Part shown: piece by piece, positions 19,577 through 29,391 of the stretch
Position numbering within the stretch: the stretch's first letter is position 1
Layout: every line of letters begins with the position of its first letter
NCBI GenBank assembly: GCA_016215445.1
Contig: JACRJL010000003.1
Coordinates: 154,924-218,923, forward strand
DNA from: Candidatus Roizmanbacteria bacterium
GTDB lineage: Bacteria; Patescibacteriota; Microgenomatia; UBA1406; GWC2-37-13
Direction of reading: 5' to 3'
DNA length: 64,000 nt
Made by a program: the position numbers and the translations under genes
Notes under the pieces: generated by a model
Told to the model about the DNA's origin: nothing
What the model saw: only the letters and a program-made list of their open reading frames with translations
The model's database searches: none

Positions 19577-20968
19577 ATGACAAGAACGAGGATTGCTCCT
19601 TCACCAACAGGTCAGGACGTTCATGTTGGTAGTATTGCTGCTGCTTTAATGAACTTTGCTTGGGCCAAAAAAAATAACGGCCAGTTCATTATAAGAATCG
19701 AAGACACTGATAGAACAAGATTGGTTAAAGGCGGCGAAGAAAAAATGCTTGATACTTTTGATAGAATTGGATTAAAGGCCGACGAATCTCCTAAAGTAGG
19801 TGGACCCTATGCTCCTTATCGTCAGTCTGAAAGACTGGAAATCTATAAAAAGCATGCGGAGGAACTTGTCGTGAAAGGAAAAGCTTATTATTGTATTTGT
19901 GCTCCAGACAGGCTGACAAAAATGAGGGAAGTGCAGCAGGCGAAAAAGCAGATTCCCAAATATGACCGTCAGTGTTTCCTGAATCAGGAAGAGATAGTAA
20001 AAAAAATTATGGATAACAAACTACCCTATGTTATAAGGCTTTTGATTCCAGAGGGTAAGATTGAGTTTGAGGACGTTGTCCGGGGAAAAATAACCATCGA
20101 TAATAGCAATCTTGATGACCAGGTACTTTTGAAATCAGACGGTTTTCCTACTTATCATTTGGGAGTAGTTGTCGATGACCACTTAATGAAAATAACTCAT
20201 ATTATTAGGGGGGAAGAATGGTTACCGTCGACTCCAAAACACATCATTTTATATCAGGCTTTTGAGTGGGATCTACCTGTTTTTGCCCATATATCTTTAC
20301 TACGAAATCCAGACAAATCAAAACTGTCAAAAAGAAAAAATCCGGTTTGGACTTCTTGGTATTTGGATCAAGGGATTTTTTCCGAAGCCCTCCTTAATTA
20401 TCTGGCCTTGATGGGTTGGAGTCATCCGGAAGGAAAAGAAATTTTTTCCCTTGACGAGTATATAAAAGTATTTGACATTAAAGACATCCAAAAAACTGCT
20501 CCGGTTTTTGACCCGGTCAAACTGGAATGGATGAACGGAGTGTACTTAAGAAAGTATCCAGTATCCAGTATAAAGTATTTAGTATTGGAATTTTATAAAA
20601 AACAAAAGATTAATTTGCCAGAAGAAATTGTTGAAAAAACAATTCCATTAATCAAAGAAAGAATTAAAAAACTTTCCGACTATCTTCCGCTTTGCGAATT
20701 TTTCTTTAAAAAACCTAATATTTATGAAGTTGATCTAAGTAATAAAAAAGAATTATTAAAACAAATAAAAGATGAATTAGAAAAAATATCCGACTGGAAA
20801 GCAAATAATATCGGTGAATCAATGCAAGGTTTAGTAAAGAATCTGGGGATTAAGGCCGGAGAATTTTTTATGATTATTCGTATCTCCATGAGCGGTAAAA
20901 AAATCTCGCCACCCTTAAATGAGTCTATGGAGATTCTTGGGAAAGAAGAATGTTTGAAGAGACTTTAG
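19577..20968 (+). CDS. gltX: glutamate--tRNA ligase
   Basis: RIAPSPTG..HVGS (HIGH-like) and KLSKRK (KMSKS) motifs. Confidence 0.93.
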   Translation: MTRTRIAPSPTGQDVHVGSIAAALMNFAWAKKNNGQFIIRIEDTDRTRLVKGGEEKMLDTFDRIGLKADESPKVGGPYAPYRQSERLEIYKKHAEELVVKGKAYYCICAPDRLTKMREVQQAKKQIPKYDRQCFLNQEEIVKKIMDNKLPYVIRLLIPEGKIEFEDVVRGKITIDNSNLDDQVLLKSDGFPTYHLGVVVDDHLMKITHIIRGEEWLPSTPKHIILYQAFEWDLPVFAHISLLRNPDKSKLSKRKNPVWTSWYLDQGIFSEALLNYLALMGWSHPEGKEIFSLDEYIKVFDIKDIQKTAPVFDPVKLEWMNGVYLRKYPVSSIKYLVLEFYKKQKINLPEEIVEKTIPLIKERIKKLSDYLPLCEFFFKKPNIYEVDLSNKKELLKQIKDELEKISDWKANNIGESMQGLVKNLGIKAGEFFMIIRISMSGKKISPPLNESMEILGKEECLKRL

Positions 20969-21831
20969 TAGTAAACTTCCTGCCAGTGCGGATCAGTCTC
21001 AACAGTCAAATCAAGATAGACTTTTTTATTTATAGCCAAAGCGATTTCTTTTCGAGCATAACTGCCTATTTCTTTAATTTTATGACCGTCTGAACCAATG
21101 ACCATTTTTTTGTAGCGATCATCAGTTGTCAAAATCCGCGCTTTAATATAAGTAAGGTTGTTTTTCCTTTCAATGATCTGGTCGACAATTACCATTGTCC
21201 TGTAAGGAATCTCCTCACCCATCATTAGAAAGATTTTTTCTCTAATAAGTTCGCTTATAAAAATTTTACTGTCAAAATTTAAGACAGGGTATATCAAGTC
21301 ATCGGGAATTTCCTCGCTCTTTTCTCTTTCCGGGAGTATTTCAAATATTTTGTCCAAAAGGGGTCTAGTATGGGAATTGTTGAGGCCTGATATTTGATAA
21401 ACTAGGGAAAATTCATCCTCGAGAAATTTATATTGGGGTAAATATGACTTTTCTTGTAAGTCGACCTTATTAATAACCAGTATTTTTGGTTTATTTATTT
21501 TTCTAACCATTCCTAAGACGCGCGACTCTTCATAGTCTCGTTTTCTCGTATGATCGATCATATAAATGATAAGATCGACTTCCTCATTGAGAGTCTGAAG
21601 AGTTTTTTTATTAATATTTTCCGAGAGATGATCCTCGGTTTTGCCCATAATTCCAGGCGTATCGACAAAAATTATCTTTCCGCGGTCGTCGCTGTAAACA
21701 GCCTTAATAGAGAACCGAGTCGTTTGCGGTTTGGGAGAAGTTATAGCGACTTTCTGACCAATAAGGTTATTGACAAACGTTGATTTACCTACGTTAGGTC
21801 GGCCCAAAAGTAGCACTTTACCTGTTTTCAT
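20965..21831 (-). CDS. era: GTPase Era
   Basis: GRPNVGKST, DTPG and NKVD motifs plus a C-terminal KH domain. Confidence 0.93.
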   Translation of the reverse strand: MKTGKVLLLGRPNVGKSTFVNNLIGQKVAITSPKPQTTRFSIKAVYSDDRGKIIFVDTPGIMGKTEDHLSENINKKTLQTLNEEVDLIIYMIDHTRKRDYEESRVLGMVRKINKPKILVINKVDLQEKSYLPQYKFLEDEFSLVYQISGLNNSHTRPLLDKIFEILPEREKSEEIPDDLIYPVLNFDSKIFISELIREKIFLMMGEEIPYRTMVIVDQIIERKNNLTYIKARILTTDDRYKKMVIGSDGHKIKEIGSYARKEIALAINKKVYLDLTVETDPHWQEVYY

Positions 21832-21854
21832 GGGATAATTTTAACACAAGACAT

Positions 21855-22349
21855 ATGGAAACTTCCGACAAAGAAATAATAATAAAGATAAAACAGGGCG
21901 AAATAGACTATTTCACCTATCTTGTCAAAAGATACTCCTCTTCGATTTACAGATTTATTGGTTTAAAAATAAAGAAAAAAGAAGATATTGAGGATTTGGT
22001 TCAAAACACTTTTATTTCTTTTTATAGAGCGATTGACAAGTTTAATGAAGAGAAACCTGTCAAGCCTTATCTCTATCAGATAGTTCAAAATGAATTGAAA
22101 ATGTTTTATCGAAGATATAAACCTATTATGCCTTTAAAAGAAGAGATAATTATTGAAGAAGTAGAAGCAGAACCATTAGATGATCGTGACTTGGTAGCGC
22201 TGACAGGTATGGAGAAAAGAATATTAATTTTAACGGGTGAAGGTTTTACAAATGAGGAAATCGCCAAAAAATTCAAAAAGCCGTTGAATACGGTAAAATC
22301 TATAATTAGAAGGGCGAGGATTAAATTAAAAATTAAGAATGAAAAATGA
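21855..22349 (+). CDS. sigma-70 family (ECF-like) RNA polymerase sigma factor
   Basis: Region 2 (DLVQNTFISFYRAI) and region 4 HTH (FTNEEIAKKFKKPLNTVKSIIRRAR). Confidence 0.85.
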   Translation: METSDKEIIIKIKQGEIDYFTYLVKRYSSSIYRFIGLKIKKKEDIEDLVQNTFISFYRAIDKFNEEKPVKPYLYQIVQNELKMFYRRYKPIMPLKEEIIIEEVEAEPLDDRDLVALTGMEKRILILTGEGFTNEEIAKKFKKPLNTVKSIIRRARIKLKIKNEK

Positions 22350-22741
22350 AGAGTAATAAAAAACTAGAGAAAAAAATAATTGATAAAGTATATCGTTTAG
22401 AGGCGAAAAAAACCGCCGGTTATGTTTTATTAAGATTATTTCTTGGGTTGTTTTTTATTCTTTTCGTATTTTTTTTATCTAGTGCTTTGATTGATATATT
22501 AAATGAGCAAAACTCATTCGACCTTCTTGATTTTTACAGGGATGATCTTGAAGTGATAAAAAGATATTTCATCTCAAACATTTCTGATTTCTACAGGGAA
22601 TTACCCCAGCCTTTAACTTTTATTTTATTAGCTAGTATACTGGTAGTATTAGTTTTAACTGGATTTTTAATTAAAAACTTTAATAAAATTAAAAACAGAT
22701 TAATTTCCCTTTATAAATTTTACATAAACAAAACAAAATGA
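22346..22741 (+). CDS. membrane protein, candidate anti-sigma factor
   Basis: ATGA-coupled to the sigma gene, with 2 TM segments. Function is inferred from position only. Confidence 0.4.
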   Translation: MKSNKKLEKKIIDKVYRLEAKKTAGYVLLRLFLGLFFILFVFFLSSALIDILNEQNSFDLLDFYRDDLEVIKRYFISNISDFYRELPQPLTFILLASILVVLVLTGFLIKNFNKIKNRLISLYKFYINKTK

Positions 22742-23145
22742 AAAAAATCGGATGGATGATTGTTTTAATTTTGATTGTTTTTGGTTTGTACTATTTGATA
22801 CAGGGTAAAAAAACTAGTATTTCGGAGACGACAGACAAAAATTCAAAAATAAGCCAGATTTCAGATGCAGAAAAAGAAGAAGTCTCGTCCAATCTTTCTT
22901 TAGAGATAGTCAGTCCGCGAGATAAGGTGATAGTCTCTTCGGCCGTGATAAAAATTGAAGGTAAAACTGCATCTAACGCTGAGGTTTTTGTTAATGAAAA
23001 AGAATTAAAAGCGGATATTTTGGGAAATTTTTCTTCTGACTATGAATTATTTGAAGGAGAGAACAATATTTTTGTTTCGGCAAATGATACCCAGGGTAAT
23101 TATGCGGAAAAATCCATTACTGTCTATTTGGAAACGACGCAATAA
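22738..23145 (+). CDS. membrane-anchored Ig-like domain protein
   Basis: N-terminal TM helix followed by a beta-rich domain (LEIVSPRDKVIVSSAVIKIEGKT...NNIFVSANDTQGN). Confidence 0.55.
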   Translation: MKKIGWMIVLILIVFGLYYLIQGKKTSISETTDKNSKISQISDAEKEEVSSNLSLEIVSPRDKVIVSSAVIKIEGKTASNAEVFVNEKELKADILGNFSSDYELFEGENNIFVSANDTQGNYAEKSITVYLETTQ

Positions 23146-23189
23146 TTAAGGCAACTTTTTTAGTGGTTAGTGCATATATATAAGTAGAA

Positions 23190-24005
23190 ATGTTAAACAT
23201 TAAATTTCAAAGATCAAATATGAAAAAAGCGTTTTTAGGTTTGATTATTATTTTTACGTTCTTATTAACGGCGACAGTATCTTTTGCTGAAACCAATTTT
23301 GGAAAAGAACTACGAAATGTAATTAAAGATACAGTCCAAGAAGGGGAAGATGAAGGCTTGAGTCCAAAGGCGATCAAGCAGGAAGTGAAAGAAAATATTA
23401 GAGAACAAGTACAGGAGCGAAAAGAAAATATTCTCGACCAGGTGAAAAACTTTATCAAGAAAAATCTTAGATTTGACGTGCGGATTATTTGTACGATCGA
23501 TTCTATCGATACAACCAATAAGACTTTGTCCGTAAACTGTGATGACAGTAAATCATATACGGTTAACGTTACAGAAAAGACAAGATTTGTGAGAAAGTTC
23601 GGTGGAAAAAGTGATTTTTCAGAGCTTACAGTCGGAGACACAATTAATGTTTTCGGTAAATTCACCGATGACACTAAAGTAACAGTTGACGCCAGACTGA
23701 TAAGAGATCTTTCCATCCAAAAAAGATGGGGAGTTTTCTTCGGAAATGTCACTGTCAAAAACAGCGACAATTTTGTTATAAGTACGATTCAGAGAGGTGA
23801 ATTGACAGTATACTTTGACTTGGAGACTAAACTCCTCAACCATAACAAAGAAGAAATAGGCTATGGCGATATAGAAGTTGGAAGCAGAGTCAGGACAAAA
23901 GGCGTTTGGAACAAAACATTAAATCAAATAAAAGAAGTTGACGAAGTAAGGGTTTTTCCATCAACACCAACGCCTACATTAACGCCTACACCGACGAGTA
24001 TCTAA
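23190..24005 (+). CDS. secreted protein with two beta-domain repeats (DUF5666-like) and a Pro/Thr-rich tail
   Basis: Signal peptide, repeated (V)GD.I.V.G...V.A..I segments, and C-terminal PSTPTPTLTPTPT. An alternative start is ATG 23220. Confidence 0.6.
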   Translation: MLNIKFQRSNMKKAFLGLIIIFTFLLTATVSFAETNFGKELRNVIKDTVQEGEDEGLSPKAIKQEVKENIREQVQERKENILDQVKNFIKKNLRFDVRIICTIDSIDTTNKTLSVNCDDSKSYTVNVTEKTRFVRKFGGKSDFSELTVGDTINVFGKFTDDTKVTVDARLIRDLSIQKRWGVFFGNVTVKNSDNFVISTIQRGELTVYFDLETKLLNHNKEEIGYGDIEVGSRVRTKGVWNKTLNQIKEVDEVRVFPSTPTPTLTPTPTSI

Positions 24006-24040
24006 CGATTTTTGCGAAAAAAGGAGTATAATATTTGAGT

Positions 24041-24075
24041 AAAAATAACACGCGTTATTGAAGCGTGTTATTTTT
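24041..24075 (+). terminator. intrinsic-terminator-like hairpin abutting the typA start
   Basis: AAAAATAACACGC-gttattgaa-GCGTGTTATTTTT followed by gtttat-ATG. Confidence 0.6.
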
Positions 24076-24081
24076 GTTTAT

Positions 24082-25926
24082 ATGGAAATTAGAAATATAG
24101 CCATTATCGCTCACGTCGACCACGGTAAAACTACCTTAGTCGATGCCATGTTGAAACAAACCCATACTTTTCGTGACAACCAAAAAGAAATGGGAGAGAC
24201 TCTAATCATGGATTCAAATGATCTGGAAAGGGAAAAGGGGATAACTATTCTTGCCAAAAACACAGCTGTTTTTTATAAAGATACAAAGATTAATATCATT
24301 GATACTCCCGGGCATGCTGATTTCGGTGGTGAAGTAGAGAGGACTATAAATATGGCCAGCGGAGCGATCCTTCTTGTCGACGCAGCCGAAGGTCCGCTTC
24401 CCCAAACTAAGTTTGTTTTAAAAAAAGCTTTACAGTCTCATCTCAAAATAATTCTCATCATAAATAAAATTGATAAAAAAGACGCCAGACCGGACGAGGT
24501 ATTAAGCGATGTTGAGAGTTTATTTTTAGAGTTGGCCGAACACGAAAGGCATCTTCATTTTACGACTCTATACGCTGTCGGACGGGACGGGAAAGTTTTT
24601 TTAGATCTTCCCGACCGTTACTCGTCTGATCTACCCGGTGACTTGTCGCCGCTTTTTGAAACTATATTGAATGAAGTTCCCAATGTCGCCAAAGATAAAG
24701 ATAAGCCATTCCAAATGTTGATTTCAACATTGGATTGGGATAACTATGTCGGCAGACTTTGTATTGGAAAGATAACCCAGGGGACTTTAAATAAGAATCA
24801 AAATATTTCTTTAGTTCAAGAAGGTAAAGTAATAGGTTCTTATAAAGCACAGAAACTATATACATATGAAGGCCTGCAAAAAAAAGAGGTAGATCAAGTT
24901 ACATCAGGCGACGTAGTTGCCATTGCCGGAATAGCAGAGCTGAATATTGGTCAGACTGTTACTGACCCTTCAAATCCTGTCAGCCTTCCTTCAATTAAAG
25001 TTGAAGAACCGACTATAAAAATAACCATTGGTTCAAACACTTCACCTTTTGCCGGGAGAGAAGGAAAGCTTGGAACATCCCGTCAGATAAAAGAAAGATT
25101 AATGAAGGAAAAACAGACAAACTTGGGTTTAAAGATCGAACAGGATTCGACAGGCGCGAACTTCACCGTCTCTGGTCGTGGGGAACTACACCTTTCCGTT
25201 CTTATTGAAACAATGAGAAGGGAAGGATTTGAACTCCAAGTTTCCAAACCCCAAGTTATTTACAAAAAAATTAATGGCGTAATGAGTGAACCATATGAAG
25301 AAGTCACGATCGACTGCGAAAAAAAATTTATGGGAGAGTTAACAGAGGAATTTGGAAAAAGAAAGGGCGAGATGCTCGACATGGTTACTTCAGGTAATAA
25401 TATAAGACTTAAATATAAAATATCGGATAATAATTTACTTGGAATAAGAAGTATTCTTATGACTAAAACCCGTGGCACAGCCATTATGAGTACATACCTT
25501 TTGGGCTATCTACCTAAAGGTTCAAAAATAGACTCTATCCGTAACGGAGCTTTAGTGGCTGTAAAACCAGGGGAGGCGATGACTTACGGCTTGGTAAATG
25601 CTCAGGATAGGGGCATACTTTTTGTTGGACCTAATACCCAAATATATGAAGGAATGGTCGTCGGAGTGGGGACAAGGGAATTTGACGTTGAAATAAATGT
25701 CTGCAAGGAAAAAAAACTAACCAACAATCGCTCGGCCGGAGAAGGAACATCAATTCCATTGACGCCGGCAACTGAAATGAGTCTCGAACAATGTCTTGAT
25801 TTTATTGCCGAAGACGAATATTTAGAAGTAACTCCACTCAACTTGAGAATCCGCAAAAAAATTCTTTCTATTACCCAAAGAAGAGTTCACAGCAGAAATG
25901 AAAAAAGCCAAGCTTCAATAAATTAA
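24082..25926 (+). CDS. typA: translational GTPase TypA/BipA
   Basis: [27 protein letters not shown] and NKID motifs. About 614 aa from ATG 24082. Confidence 0.93.
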   Translation: MEIRNIAIIAHVDHGKTTLVDAMLKQTHTFRDNQKEMGETLIMDSNDLEREKGITILAKNTAVFYKDTKINIIDTPGHADFGGEVERTINMASGAILLVDAAEGPLPQTKFVLKKALQSHLKIILIINKIDKKDARPDEVLSDVESLFLELAEHERHLHFTTLYAVGRDGKVFLDLPDRYSSDLPGDLSPLFETILNEVPNVAKDKDKPFQMLISTLDWDNYVGRLCIGKITQGTLNKNQNISLVQEGKVIGSYKAQKLYTYEGLQKKEVDQVTSGDVVAIAGIAELNIGQTVTDPSNPVSLPSIKVEEPTIKITIGSNTSPFAGREGKLGTSRQIKERLMKEKQTNLGLKIEQDSTGANFTVSGRGELHLSVLIETMRREGFELQVSKPQVIYKKINGVMSEPYEEVTIDCEKKFMGELTEEFGKRKGEMLDMVTSGNNIRLKYKISDNNLLGIRSILMTKTRGTAIMSTYLLGYLPKGSKIDSIRNGALVAVKPGEAMTYGLVNAQDRGILFVGPNTQIYEGMVVGVGTREFDVEINVCKEKKLTNNRSAGEGTSIPLTPATEMSLEQCLDFIAEDEYLEVTPLNLRIRKKILSITQRRVHSRNEKSQASIN

Positions 25927-26666
25927 ATCTCAATTCTAGAGAAGAGAAAGCTGCCGATGTATAATGTGACTAAAGTAAGTATTCCTAAAATTGTCAGGTC
26001 GGTTAAAAGTCCGAATTGGGCAATATTAGATAAAGAGCTTCGTAAAGCATCGACTCCATATGTCAAAGGGTCGAATCTGGCGACTATTGCTAAAAATCCT
26101 GTTCCCTGTAGGGGAAATAAAGAACCTGATAGGAAAAAAAGAGGTAAGACCAAAAAATTCATAATGAGTTGAAATCCTTGCATGTCATCCAAAACTGAAG
26201 CAATCGCCGTACCTAAAGCCGTAAATAAAAGGGAAGTTAAAAACATTACGATCAATACTAGAGGCAACATTAATAAATTATATGGTTTGAAACCAACGAG
26301 AAGGGTGAGGGCAAATATGATTATACCTTGAATTGTGGCTATAGTTGCGCCCCCTAAAGTACGACCTAGTATGATTTCAAAACGAGAAACAGGAGCGACC
26401 AAGGTTTCCTTTAAAAACCCAAACTGCCTATCCCAAATAAGTTCGATTCCGGAAAAAATCGCCGTAAAAAGAATTCCTTGAGCAATTACTCCCGGCGCTA
26501 AAAAGTCAATATAGTTTCCTCCACCGGCTTTTTTGAAGATCGGACCGAGTCCGAATCCTAATGCGACCAAAAAAAGAAGCGGTTGTCCTATCGAGCCGAT
26601 TATTCTTGACTTGGACCTTGAATATCTTTTCAACTGTCTAAGCCAAAGGATATAGATTGTATTCAT
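25923..26666 (-). CDS. ABC-2 type transporter permease
   Basis: 247 aa with 6 TM segments, coupled to the upstream ATPase. Confidence 0.85.
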   Translation of the reverse strand: MNTIYILWLRQLKRYSRSKSRIIGSIGQPLLFLVALGFGLGPIFKKAGGGNYIDFLAPGVIAQGILFTAIFSGIELIWDRQFGFLKETLVAPVSRFEIILGRTLGGATIATIQGIIIFALTLLVGFKPYNLLMLPLVLIVMFLTSLLFTALGTAIASVLDDMQGFQLIMNFLVLPLFFLSGSLFPLQGTGFLAIVARFDPLTYGVDALRSSLSNIAQFGLLTDLTILGILTLVTLYIGSFLFSRIEI

Positions 26667-26667
26667 A

Positions 26668-27474
26668 TTAATGTTTTCCTCCGCCTCTCCACATTCTTCT
26701 CATCATTCTCATGTGGTCCTGGTTCGTGAATTCTTCTTCTCTGATTTCGTGTCCTGTTAAGCTTAAAAATGCTTCTTCAAGAGTTTTTGTTTTTGTTTGT
26801 TTTTTTAATTCATTAACAGTTCCTTTGGCAACAATTTTTCCATGGTCGATGACGCAGATTCTTTCGGCGATTTTTTCCGCTTCTTCCATATAATGGGTGG
26901 TGAAAAAAACCGTAATGCCTTCTTTTTTATTTAGGTTTTTGACATATTCCCAAAGGTGGGATCGAGTTTGCGGGTCGAGTCCAAGGCTTGGCTCGTCCAG
27001 AAAAAAAACTTTCGGGTGGTGCAGGAGTCCGCGAGCAATCTCAAGTCTCCTCCTCATGCCTCCGGAAAAAGTTTTTACCAAACTATCTTTTCTGTCCCAA
27101 AGATCGACTATTCTTAACAATTCTTCTATTCTAGTCGTCATAAGGTTTTTGCTTAACCCGTATAAAACTCCGTGAAACTCCATATTCTCATAAGCTGTTA
27201 ATTCGTCATCCAATGATGGGTCTTGAAAAACGATTCCAAAAGATTTTCTTACCTGGTTTTGATTTATTACTGGGTTGTATCCGTTGACAAATATCTTGCC
27301 TGTTGTTGGATGGAGGAGAGTTGTAAGCATTTTTATAGTAGTTGTTTTACCGGCGCCGTTTGGTCCCAAAAAAGCGAAAATTTCTCCTTTTTTCACCTCA
27401 AAAGAAATATTATTGACGGCGACAAAATCACCGAATTTTTTGCTCAAGGATTTAACTTCAATAGCGTTAGTCAT
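26668..27474 (-). CDS. ABC transporter ATP-binding protein (DrrA-like)
   Basis: Walker A GPNGAGKTT, signature FSGGMRRRLEIA, Walker B FFLDEP. Confidence 0.92.
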   Translation of the reverse strand: MTNAIEVKSLSKKFGDFVAVNNISFEVKKGEIFAFLGPNGAGKTTTIKMLTTLLHPTTGKIFVNGYNPVINQNQVRKSFGIVFQDPSLDDELTAYENMEFHGVLYGLSKNLMTTRIEELLRIVDLWDRKDSLVKTFSGGMRRRLEIARGLLHHPKVFFLDEPSLGLDPQTRSHLWEYVKNLNKKEGITVFFTTHYMEEAEKIAERICVIDHGKIVAKGTVNELKKQTKTKTLEEAFLSLTGHEIREEEFTNQDHMRMMRRMWRGGGKH

Positions 27475-27503
27475 AGTTTGAAAAAAACATTATACTCCTT
27501 TTT

Positions 27504-28271
27504 TTATTCTTTTCCGTGTAAGAAAGTAATCAAGAAATACATCAATATTATTCCGGCGATAAAAGGTATTACTTGCGCCCATTTTTTTTGTTTTTTGTAG
27601 TCAATATGAAGGTGGGGAATAAGGTCGGCGCCGGCAATGTAGATAAAAATTCCCGAGGAAAAAGAGAGGGAGAGCGGTAGGCTTCCTTTTAGTGATTCCA
27701 AAAAGTAAAAACTTAAGATGCCTCCGGCGATTGCCGGAATTGCCGAAAGAAGATTAAAAACCAAAGCTTTTGTTTTGTCTAATCCAGAGTGAATAAGAAC
27801 GCCAAAGTCGGCAATCTCCTGGGGGATCTCGTGGAAGGCGATCGCGAGCGTAGTTACGATACCCAGACTCGGGCTAGCAATGAAAGACGAAGCAATAACA
27901 ATTCCATCAATAAAGTTATGAATACCGTCACCAACCAAGACTAGAAATAAAGTCGGCTTTATGTTGTGGTTACCGCTGTGGTGATGGTACCAAAGGAGGA
28001 ATCTTTCCAGGAAAAAAGAAAAGAGCATACCGATGAAAGCAGGAAGAAAAACATTAAAATCCTTTCCGGCTTCATCTGAATGTTCCAATGCTTCAGGAAA
28101 CAAATCGACAAAGACCGTTGTCAAAATCACGCCGGCGGCAAAGGCGACGAGATAGGGAATAACTGATTTAGTAAAGAATTTTTTTCTTAGCAAAAAAATT
28201 CCCCCGATAAGGGATATTAAACTGACAACGACGTTAGCAGTGATAATTTGCAATAAGATATTCATTGGCAA
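27504..28271 (-). CDS. ZIP family metal (zinc) transporter
   Basis: HEIPQEIADFGVL motif, His-rich loop (HHHSGNH), 8 TM segments. Confidence 0.85.
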   Translation of the reverse strand: MPMNILLQIITANVVVSLISLIGGIFLLRKKFFTKSVIPYLVAFAAGVILTTVFVDLFPEALEHSDEAGKDFNVFLPAFIGMLFSFFLERFLLWYHHHSGNHNIKPTLFLVLVGDGIHNFIDGIVIASSFIASPSLGIVTTLAIAFHEIPQEIADFGVLIHSGLDKTKALVFNLLSAIPAIAGGILSFYFLESLKGSLPLSLSFSSGIFIYIAGADLIPHLHIDYKKQKKWAQVIPFIAGIILMYFLITFLHGKE

Positions 28272-28642
28272 TTAGGACAAAGGCCGAAAAATTCTAATTT
28301 ATGTTCTTTAATTAAAAAACTAGATTTATTTTTTACTTTATCCAACAGATTATCTTCTTTCATTTCAATGTTTTCTACGTCTCCACAGTTTTCACAAACC
28401 AAATGGTGGTGGTGTTTATTGTTTTTCATCAGTTCGTATCTTTTTTTTCCATCGCCGAATTCTGTTTCTTCAATAATATTTATTTTTTTCATCAGTTCAA
28501 GTGTTCGGTAGATTGAAGTAAGATCAATTTTGTTTTTGAGGTAGAAATTGATTTCAGCGGCCGAGACTGGTTTGGAAAAATGATTTAGAGCTTTAAAAAT
28601 CAGTTTTCTAGGTTTGGTATATCTTATTCCGATTTTTGTCAT
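28262..28642 (-). CDS. Fur family transcriptional regulator (Zur-like)
   Basis: HHHHLVCENCG...CPNCQ metal sites and an N-terminal wHTH. Overlaps the ZIP gene by 10 nt. Confidence 0.85.
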   Translation of the reverse strand: MTKIGIRYTKPRKLIFKALNHFSKPVSAAEINFYLKNKIDLTSIYRTLELMKKINIIEETEFGDGKKRYELMKNNKHHHHLVCENCGDVENIEMKEDNLLDKVKNKSSFLIKEHKLEFFGLCPNCQ

Positions 28643-28650
28643 TCTATATT

Positions 28651-28669
28651 ATTGCAAATGATTTGCAAT
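28651..28669. promoter_or_regulatory. 9-1-9 perfect inverted repeat, candidate Zur/Fur box
   Basis: ATTGCAAAT-G-ATTTGCAAT lies in the spacer of the minus-strand promoter TTGACA-N17-AATAAT, directly upstream of the Fur-family gene. Confidence 0.65.
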
Positions 28670-28683
28670 ATGTCAAGACTTTC

Positions 28684-28717
28684 TTTTTCAGCCGTTTTTC
28701 AGTTGATAGTCTATAAT
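28684..28717 (+). promoter_or_regulatory. direct repeats TTTTTCAG-N3-TTTTTCAG plus a TATAAT -10 box upstream of the response-regulator gene
   Basis: Repeats at 28684-28691 and 28695-28702 (11-nt phase). TATAAT at 28712-28717, ATG at 28725. Confidence 0.5.
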
Positions 28718-28724
28718 TGGCTTC

Positions 28725-29390
28725 ATGAGAATACTCGTTGTCGAAGATGAACACAGAATTGCTAATTTAATAAAAAAAGGATTAGAACAAGAAAGCTATG
28801 CTGTTGACGTTGCTTATAATGGAGATGACGGATACGATCTGGCGTCAACCGAAGAATACGATACTATAATTCTTGACCTGATGCTTCCGGGGCTCGATGG
28901 AATAAAGATTACAGAAAATCTTCGTAAAGAAAAAATCCATACTCCGATTTTGATTTTAACTGCCAAAGGCCAGATTCAAGATAAAGTCAAAGGATTAGAT
29001 AGCGGGGCCGACGATTATTTAACAAAGCCATTTTCTTTTGAAGAGTTATTAGCGAGAGTCAGGGCTCTGATGCGAAGACCAAAAACCGCAGTCACTGAAA
29101 ACTTGGTCGCCTCGGATCTAACTCTTAATTCCAAAACTTTTGAAGTCAAAAGAGGAGGAAAATCAATAGAACTATCGAGTAAAGAATTTTCTCTTCTCGA
29201 ATACTTAATGAGAAATAAGTCAAGAATACTGACCAAAGACCAAATCATTTCCCATGTTTGGGATTATGACGCCGACATTTTGCCAAACACGATCGAAGTT
29301 TATATAAAGAATTTGAGGAATAAAGTCGATGTAGGTTTTAAAAAGAAATTAATTAATACGGTTAGAGGATTTGGATATAAGATAGAATAA
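28725..29390 (+). CDS. OmpR-family response regulator
   Basis: Receiver domain (ILVVEDE...DLMLPGLDG) plus a winged-helix C-terminus (TVRGFGYKI). Confidence 0.92.
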   Translation: MRILVVEDEHRIANLIKKGLEQESYAVDVAYNGDDGYDLASTEEYDTIILDLMLPGLDGIKITENLRKEKIHTPILILTAKGQIQDKVKGLDSGADDYLTKPFSFEELLARVRALMRRPKTAVTENLVASDLTLNSKTFEVKRGGKSIELSSKEFSLLEYLMRNKSRILTKDQIISHVWDYDADILPNTIEVYIKNLRNKVDVGFKKKLINTVRGFGYKIE

Positions 29391-29391
29391 T

